The translations under genes were made by a program, and so were the position numbers. Below the pieces are notes generated by a model that saw only the letters and a program-made list of their open reading frames with translations, searched no databases and was not told where the DNA came from. From Dehalococcoidia bacterium (GTDB taxonomy: Bacteria > Chloroflexota > Dehalococcoidia > GIF9 > AB-539-J10): DNA of 64,000 bases. Location: assembly GCA_030612025.1 (NCBI GenBank), contig JAUWOR010000003.1:1-64000 (forward strand), in the 5' to 3' direction. Shown piece by piece: positions 58,416 through 64,000 of this stretch (its first letter is position 1; every line of letters begins with the position of its first letter).

Positions 58416-59272
58416 TAATTTCTGTTGCCAGTGGCAAAGGCGGCACAGGAAAGACACTGGTGGCTACCAGCTTAGCTCTTTCCCTTAAGGGTAGGAGTAA
58501 GGTGCAGCTACTAGATTGTGATGTAGAGGAACCCAATGTCCATATTTTTCTCCGCTCAACTACGAACCAAAGCCAACCTGTGTTCCTCCCCATCCCCAAA
58601 GTAGATGAGACAAAATGCACCTATTGTGGCAAATGCGCTGAGGTATGCGCCTATAACGCCATTGCGGTAGTCAAGCAAAAGGTACTTGTTTTCCCTGAGC
58701 TATGTCATGGCTGTGGAGCGTGCTCTTATCTATGCCCCGAGTCTGCTATTACCGAAGAAGGGAGAGAAATAGGAGTAGTGGAAACAGGCAGCTTAGGAAA
58801 TATGGAGTTTATTCAAGGGAGACTCACCATTGGCGAACCAATGGCTCCGCCTATAATTAGAGAAGTGAAGAAGCACATTGACCCTACCAAAGAGGTCATC
58901 ATTGATGTCTCTCCAGGAACCTCATGTCCGGTAATAGAAGCAGTTAAGGACAGTGATTTCTGTCTCCTTGTGACTGAGCCCACACCTTTTGGCTTGAATG
59001 ACCTTTCACTGGCAGTGGAAGTAACGAGAAAATTGGGCATTTCATGCGGAGTAGTAATCAATCGTGTTGGGGTTGGGGATGAGAAGGTCGAGAGCTACTG
59101 CTATGAGCAAGGAATACCCGTCTTGCTGAAAATTCCTTTAGATAGAAAAATTGCCACACTCTACTCCAAAGGAATTTGCTTGATAGAGGGGATACCTAGG
59201 TGGCGCAAGGCCTTCCTCAGGCTTTTTCAAGACATCAAAGAAATAGTCACAGCTAGTCAGGTAACGAAATGA
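58412..59272 (+). CDS. MinD-superfamily P-loop ATPase with inserted ferredoxin domain
   Basis: SGKGGTGKT, DCDVEEPN, CTYCGKC, CHGCGAC, PGTSCP, VTEPT. Confidence 0.92.
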   Translation: MIISVASGKGGTGKTLVATSLALSLKGRSKVQLLDCDVEEPNVHIFLRSTTNQSQPVFLPIPKVDETKCTYCGKCAEVCAYNAIAVVKQKVLVFPELCHGCGACSYLCPESAITEEGREIGVVETGSLGNMEFIQGRLTIGEPMAPPIIREVKKHIDPTKEVIIDVSPGTSCPVIEAVKDSDFCLLVTEPTPFGLNDLSLAVEVTRKLGISCGVVINRVGVGDEKVESYCYEQGIPVLLKIPLDRKIATLYSKGICLIEGIPRWRKAFLRLFQDIKEIVTASQVTK

Positions 59273-59469
59273 CATGTTGGCAGGAAGTCGCCATAGACGG
59301 TGAAACACTCGTCAAAAGGATAACAGATATGTATGAAGAGCTTGGTTTCGAAGTTCGCCTTGAAGAACTTAAACCAGAGGAAGTGGAGCAATGCACTAAG
59401 TGCTACTAGGAAAGAGGTGAGAGAATTTACCGAGTCTATATACGACGCAAGCGAGAGGATAATAGCTAG
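59269..59469 (+). pseudogene. Small CxxC protein with an internal in-frame TAG
   Basis: MTCWQEV...MYEELGFEVRLEE...CTKCY*ERGERIYRVYIRRK; coupled to both neighbouring genes. Confidence 0.6.
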
Positions 59470-60327
59470 ATGAAAGAAGTAGTGGTTCTCAGCGGTAAAG
59501 GAGGGACGGGAAAGACAAGTATAGCAGCTTCCTTCGCTGCTTTAGCTCAAAGCAAGGTATTGGTTGATTGTGATGTGGATGCTGCTGACCTTCACCTTCT
59601 CCTCGAGCCACAAATTAAAGAGGAAAACGAGTTCTGGAGCGGGCAAGTTGCCTTTATTGGTAAAGAAAAATGCACTGAATGTGGACTTTGCCAGGAAGTG
59701 TGCCGCTTTGGAGCGATAAAAGATTACGTAGTTGATGAGATTTCCTGTGAAGGTTGTGAGCTATGTTCTCAAATTTGCCCTGTTGATGCTATCACCATGA
59801 GACCTTGCATGGCTGGGCATTGGTTTATTTCTGACACACGCTATGGTGCTCTCGTCCACGCCAGGTTAGGAATTGCTGAGGAAAACTCCGGTAAGTTAGT
59901 GACTTTAGTTCGGAACAATGCTAGACTCATAGCTGAGAAAGGAGAGCTCGATTATATCATCAGCGATGGTCCACCGGGCATTGGCTGTCCAGTCATTGCT
60001 TCTCTATCCGGAGCAAATTTAGCTCTTTTAGTAACCGAGCCAACATTATCAGGAATCCACGACCTTGAACGTGTAATTGGCGTCTGCCGCCACTTCGGCA
60101 TTCCTGCCCTGATTTGCATAAATAAATATGACATTAACGAAGAGAATTCCTGCCGCATTGAAAATTACTGTCATAAAGAAGGGATAGAGGTAGCTTCAAA
60201 GATTCCCTTCGATAATGTAGTAACCGAGGCAATTGTCCGCGGGATGCCCGTAGTGGAATATTCCAAAGGCAAGATTACTCAGGAGATAGGGTCACTATGG
60301 CAGCGCCTCACACGGACACTGAAGTAA
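59470..60327 (+). CDS. MinD-superfamily P-loop ATPase with inserted ferredoxin domain (second paralog)
   Basis: SGKGGTGKT, DCDVDAADL, CTECGLC, ENSGKLV, DGPPGIGCP. Confidence 0.92.
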   Translation: MKEVVVLSGKGGTGKTSIAASFAALAQSKVLVDCDVDAADLHLLLEPQIKEENEFWSGQVAFIGKEKCTECGLCQEVCRFGAIKDYVVDEISCEGCELCSQICPVDAITMRPCMAGHWFISDTRYGALVHARLGIAEENSGKLVTLVRNNARLIAEKGELDYIISDGPPGIGCPVIASLSGANLALLVTEPTLSGIHDLERVIGVCRHFGIPALICINKYDINEENSCRIENYCHKEGIEVASKIPFDNVVTEAIVRGMPVVEYSKGKITQEIGSLWQRLTRTLK

Positions 60328-60347
60328 CGAAATGTTAAGGAGGTAAA

Positions 60348-61694
60348 ATGAAAAAGTCTGATGTAGTAGTTATTGGAGGCAGCGCTGGGGGAATACCAGC
60401 AGCGATAAGTTGCCGCAGGCGGTACCCAGAAAAGAGCGTGCTTTTAATTCGCAAAGAGGAGCAAGTATTAATCCCCTGTGGCTTGCCGTATATTTTTGGA
60501 ACTGTAGGTAGTCCTGAGAAAAACCTGATTCCTGATGCAATGCTTAAGAACAATGGCATCGAGCTTATTATTGGCGAAGTAGAGGAAATAGATAGGGATA
60601 AGAAGGTGGTTTCCATAGCTGACTGTTTCCCCATCAGCTATGATAAGCTTGTTTTGGCTACTGGTTCCTCGCCTGTGATTTTGCCTCTCCCTGGTGTAGA
60701 CAAGGAGAACGTCTTTTCCGCAATAAAGGATGTTGCCTATTTGAATAACATGTTAGATAAGGTCAATCAAGCTAAGGATATTATAATAATTGGCGGTGGC
60801 TTTATTGGTGTAGAATTCGCTGACGAGTGCAAGAAAAACCGCGATAATAGCGTCACCATTATAGAGATACTCCCCCATTGCTTACAGCTAGCCCTCGATG
60901 AAGAATTCTGCATTGAGGCTGAGAGGGGGCTTGCAGAGAGGGGGATCAAACTTCTCACTAATAAAAGAGTGGAGGCTATCCTTGGTAATAAGCAGGTTAG
61001 CGCTGTCAGATTAGCTGACGGTCAGGAGCGAAAGGCTGACATGGTTATCATGGGGGTAGGGGCAAGACCAAATACCGAATTGGCTGAAAAGGCTGGACTT
61101 CAAATAGGCCCAACGAGAGCCATTGCCGTTGACCGATTTATGCGTACTATTACCGACCCAAATATATTTGCTTGTGGTGACTGCGCTGAAAAATATGCCT
61201 ACCTTAGCGGTAAGCCGAGCCGTATCATGCTTGCCTCTATTGCCGGAGCCGAGGGGCGCATAGTCGGAGCTAATCTCTTTGATACCCGTTATCGCAATTG
61301 TGGTGAAATTGGCGTCTTCTCTACCATTATTGGTGAACAGGCATTTGGCTGTGCTGGTTTAATCGAGGGAATGGCAAGGCAGGAAGGCTACGATGTAGTA
61401 ACTGGCGAAGCAACAGCACCCGATAGACACCCGGGCCTCATGCCAGGAGCGACTTCCACAAAAGTAAAGCTGATATTTTCCAAGGATAATGGCTTACTCC
61501 TTGGTGGTGAAGTCTCAGGTGGCAGGGGTACAGGTGAGTTAACCAATATCATTAGTGCCTGCATTCAGAATGACATGACTGCTTACGAGGTTTCTCTGTT
61601 TCAAATGGGTACCCACCCTGCTCTAACCGCATCGCCAATGGTCTATCAATTGGTGAACGCTGCAGAGCTTGGGGTCAAGGCGATAGCAAAATAA
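60348..61694 (+). CDS. FAD-dependent pyridine nucleotide-disulfide oxidoreductase (CoA-disulfide reductase/NADH oxidase-like)
   Basis: GGSAGG, IPCGLPY single redox Cys, GGGFIGVE, ACGDCA. Confidence 0.9.
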   Translation: MKKSDVVVIGGSAGGIPAAISCRRRYPEKSVLLIRKEEQVLIPCGLPYIFGTVGSPEKNLIPDAMLKNNGIELIIGEVEEIDRDKKVVSIADCFPISYDKLVLATGSSPVILPLPGVDKENVFSAIKDVAYLNNMLDKVNQAKDIIIIGGGFIGVEFADECKKNRDNSVTIIEILPHCLQLALDEEFCIEAERGLAERGIKLLTNKRVEAILGNKQVSAVRLADGQERKADMVIMGVGARPNTELAEKAGLQIGPTRAIAVDRFMRTITDPNIFACGDCAEKYAYLSGKPSRIMLASIAGAEGRIVGANLFDTRYRNCGEIGVFSTIIGEQAFGCAGLIEGMARQEGYDVVTGEATAPDRHPGLMPGATSTKVKLIFSKDNGLLLGGEVSGGRGTGELTNIISACIQNDMTAYEVSLFQMGTHPALTASPMVYQLVNAAELGVKAIAK

Positions 61695-61716
61695 TACCCA
61701 ATGAAGGAGAAAAGCA

Positions 61717-61956
61717 ATGCCAATTTATGAATATAAATGCTTGGACTGTGGAGAAACCTCAGAAGTATTCCTTCGCAGTCCTGATAGCGAAAGTGTTAAA
61801 TGCCCGGTCTGCGGCAGTAAGAACCTGGAGAGACTTTTGTCAGCTTCCTACGCTATAAGGATGAGTAGCTCTACACCAGGTAGAACTTGCTGCGGCAGAG
61901 CGGAGCGCTGTGAGACGCCTCCTTGCTCCACTGAGGGGGTTTGCCGTAGAGATTAA
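61717..61956 (+). CDS. FmdB-family zinc ribbon protein
   Basis: MPIYEYKCLDCG...CPVCGS, Cys-rich tail. Confidence 0.88.
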   Translation: MPIYEYKCLDCGETSEVFLRSPDSESVKCPVCGSKNLERLLSASYAIRMSSSTPGRTCCGRAERCETPPCSTEGVCRRD

Positions 61957-61993
61957 GTGGAGAGTAGCTACAGCGCCAAAGGAGGACAAAAAG

Positions 61994-62332
61994 TTGAGGT
62001 ATGCAGTGCCTATAGTAGATGGCAAAGTGGCTATGCATTTTGGCCATTGCAGCCATTTTGCTTTTTTTGATGTGGATGAGACGAGAAATGTAATTATAAG
62101 AAAGGAGATAGTAGCTTCACCAGGACATGAACCTGGACTCCTTCCCGCCTGGCTTGCCGAGGAAGGAATTTCCGTTGTTATAGCTAGCGGCATGGGCTCC
62201 AGAGCTCAAAGTCTCTTTAGAGAGAACCGCATTGAGGTTGTTATTAATGCCTTGGAAGATGACCCTGAGAAGGCTGTTTGGGATTATATAAAGGGTACAC
62301 TGGCAGTAGGCGAGGATATATGTGACCATTAG
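61994..62332 (+). CDS. NifB/NifX-family protein
   Basis: HFGHCSHF, PGHEPGLLP, SGMG.RA, C-terminal CDH; TTG start after AAGGAGG. Confidence 0.88.
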   Translation: MRYAVPIVDGKVAMHFGHCSHFAFFDVDETRNVIIRKEIVASPGHEPGLLPAWLAEEGISVVIASGMGSRAQSLFRENRIEVVINALEDDPEKAVWDYIKGTLAVGEDICDH

Positions 62333-62350
62333 AGTAAAAGGAGGTTATTA

Positions 62351-63358
62351 ATGAGCTTAGAGGCAGAAGAACAGATCCAACACAAGTTGGAACAAGTGCT
62401 TGTCCCTGGAGTGATGCGTAGCTTGGTGCAAATGAACTTGGTGCGAAGCATTGAAGTTAAGGATGGCAAAGCGAAAATCACTCTGGCTTCGACTGCTATA
62501 CCTTCCGAAAGTCATGATTGGCTAAGGGGGAAAGTGGTCACAACGATTCGTGAACTGCCTGAAGTGAACGAGGTCGCTATTGATCTTGTAGAAGCCAAGC
62601 CTAAGGAGCTTAACCAAATTGACCGTATAATAGCGGTGATGAGCGGCAAAGGAGGAGTAGGCAAATCTCTGGTAGCTAGCTTGTTAGCTGCTTCTTTTGC
62701 CCGAGAAGGCAAGGATGTTGGCATACTTGATGCTGACATCACCGGTCCCAGCATTCCTAAAATGTTTGGTTTGAATGTTCGTCCCAGTGGCAGTGAGACA
62801 GGCATTTTACCTATATCATCGAGGTCTGGAATTGAGGTCATGTCTATGAACCTTCTATTGCCCAGCGAAGATGAAGCTGTTATCTGGCGAGGTCCTCTCA
62901 TGTCTAAGGCTATCACACAATTCTGGGAGGAGGTGCTTTGGGGAAAGCTTGACTATCTCGTGATAGACCTGCCACCTGGCACTGGAGACGCCCCATTAAC
63001 AGTAATGCAAACGGTACCGCTCTCCGGGGTAATCGATGTCTTTACTCCTCAGGACTTAACCACAATGATAGTAAGGAAGGCAGTCAAAATGGCGAGGAAA
63101 TTGAATGTTCATGTGCTGGGTGTGATAGAAAACATGAGCTATCTGTTGTTACCGGAAACAGGAAAGAAACTGGAAGTTTTTGGTCGGAGCAAAGGGGAAG
63201 AGATGGCTAAGGCTTCTCAAGCTCCTTTACTGGGAAAGTTGCCCATAGACCCAGAGCTAGCCAGGCTATGTGATCAAGGCGAAATTGAAAGGTATAGTTC
63301 AGATGCCCTATCTGAAATCTTTGCTAGTTTAGTTACTGTTCTGAATGAGAGAAAGTAA
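62351..63358 (+). CDS. Mrp/NBP35 Fe-S carrier ATPase with N-terminal DUF59-like domain
   Basis: SGKGGVGKS, DADITGPSIP, IWRGP, DLPPGTGD, ENMS. Confidence 0.93.
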   Translation: MSLEAEEQIQHKLEQVLVPGVMRSLVQMNLVRSIEVKDGKAKITLASTAIPSESHDWLRGKVVTTIRELPEVNEVAIDLVEAKPKELNQIDRIIAVMSGKGGVGKSLVASLLAASFAREGKDVGILDADITGPSIPKMFGLNVRPSGSETGILPISSRSGIEVMSMNLLLPSEDEAVIWRGPLMSKAITQFWEEVLWGKLDYLVIDLPPGTGDAPLTVMQTVPLSGVIDVFTPQDLTTMIVRKAVKMARKLNVHVLGVIENMSYLLLPETGKKLEVFGRSKGEEMAKASQAPLLGKLPIDPELARLCDQGEIERYSSDALSEIFASLVTVLNERK

Positions 63359-63364
63359 TTCACC

Positions 63365-63465
63365 CGTCACCCTGACCCTGAACAAAGTGAAGGGGAAGGG
63401 TCTTGAGATTCTTCGCCGAGCCTGTCCTGAGCGTTGTGAGATTCTTCGCTACGCTCAGAATGACA
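63365..63465. repeat. Nested TGTCA-type repeats
   Basis: GTCACCCTGA...GAAGGGTCT, GAGATTCTTCG twice, CTCAGAATGACA. Confidence 0.75.
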
Positions 63466-63486
63466 CACAGCAAGAAGAAGCTTTTC

Positions 63487-63620
63487 GAGGGTGTTTAAAA
63501 ACGTAGTTGCCCAATTTATTGGGCGACTGTGCCTGATAAATCAGGCAACTACAAAAATTTGGGGGTGAAACACCTCTGCGATAGCTGAAATTGAACAGGG
63601 AATCAAAATTAAACAGCCTG
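63487..63620 (+). mobile_element. MITE-like element, core type B
   Basis: Near-identical to 11622-11756. Confidence 0.75.
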
Positions 63621-63643
63621 GTTTCCCTGAAGGAGGTGAGAAG

Positions 63644-64000
63644 ATGGCACTGGAATTTGATGACTCCTTTAAAGAGCTAGAGGAGTCTGTTATGGAGGAT
63701 ATGCGGAGGATCTACTCCGAGAAGGTGATCGCCAATTTTCTTAACCCAAGAAATTTGGGCCAGATCCAAGCTCCTGATGGATTTGGGAGAGTAACCGGCC
63801 CTTGTGGGGATACCATGGAGATATATCTTAAGACGAAAAATGGTAAGGTTACAAATGCCACCTTCTGGACTGATGGCTGTGGCCCCAGTATTGCCTCTGG
63901 CAGCATGACCACCGAGCTAATTAAGGGAAGGAGCATCGCCGAGGCTCGAAAAATCACCCATGATGATATTCTAAACGCCCTAGGAGGGCTCCCTGAGGAG
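63644..64000 (+). CDS. NifU/IscU-type Fe-S scaffold protein (runs off the window)
   Basis: AAGGAGGTG RBS; YSEKVI..FLNPRNLG...TGPCGDTM...TDGCGPSIASGSM. Confidence 0.88.
   Translation, partial: MALEFDDSFKELEESVMEDMRRIYSEKVIANFLNPRNLGQIQAPDGFGRVTGPCGDTMEIYLKTKNGKVTNATFWTDGCGPSIASGSMTTELIKGRSIAEARKITHDDILNALGGLPEE

Overview
Bacterial chromosome segment, most likely from a Dehalococcoidia-type Chloroflexota; this is inferred from the minimal mraZ-rsmH-ftsA-ftsZ cluster with no mur/fts genes between them, class II RNR, NfnAB and overall gene style. The backbone is housekeeping: nrdJ, nrdR, ftsZ/A, rsmH, mraZ, trmD, rplS, priA, def, mutM, nfnAB, polA, argF, der, plsY, gpsA, dnaJ, two Clp ATPases, tRNA-Ala, leuS, proC, coaD, rsmD, radA, ispD/F. 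Accessory highlights: (1) A tRNA-Met(CAU) integration hotspot (16.8-25.6 kb) with four downstream copies of the tRNA 3' half. A second, three-copy bipartite motif brackets single genes, and the cargo is nuclease/HEPN/TA-like. (2) An XRE-like plus IrrE/ImmA-type metallopeptidase pair inserted between nrdR and nrdJ. (3) Five MITE-like elements with one shared terminal frame but two interchangeable REP-like cores, all ending just before a Shine-Dalgarno sequence. (4) Several palindromic repeat families inserted in frame in polA or supplying start, stop and RBS signals to core genes. (5) A DUF134/NifX/MinD-ferredoxin/Mrp/NifU operon containing a run of Gly-Tyr-Arg/Met low-complexity microproteins with a shared coiled-coil tail. 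All calls come from reading the sequence; no database searches were run.
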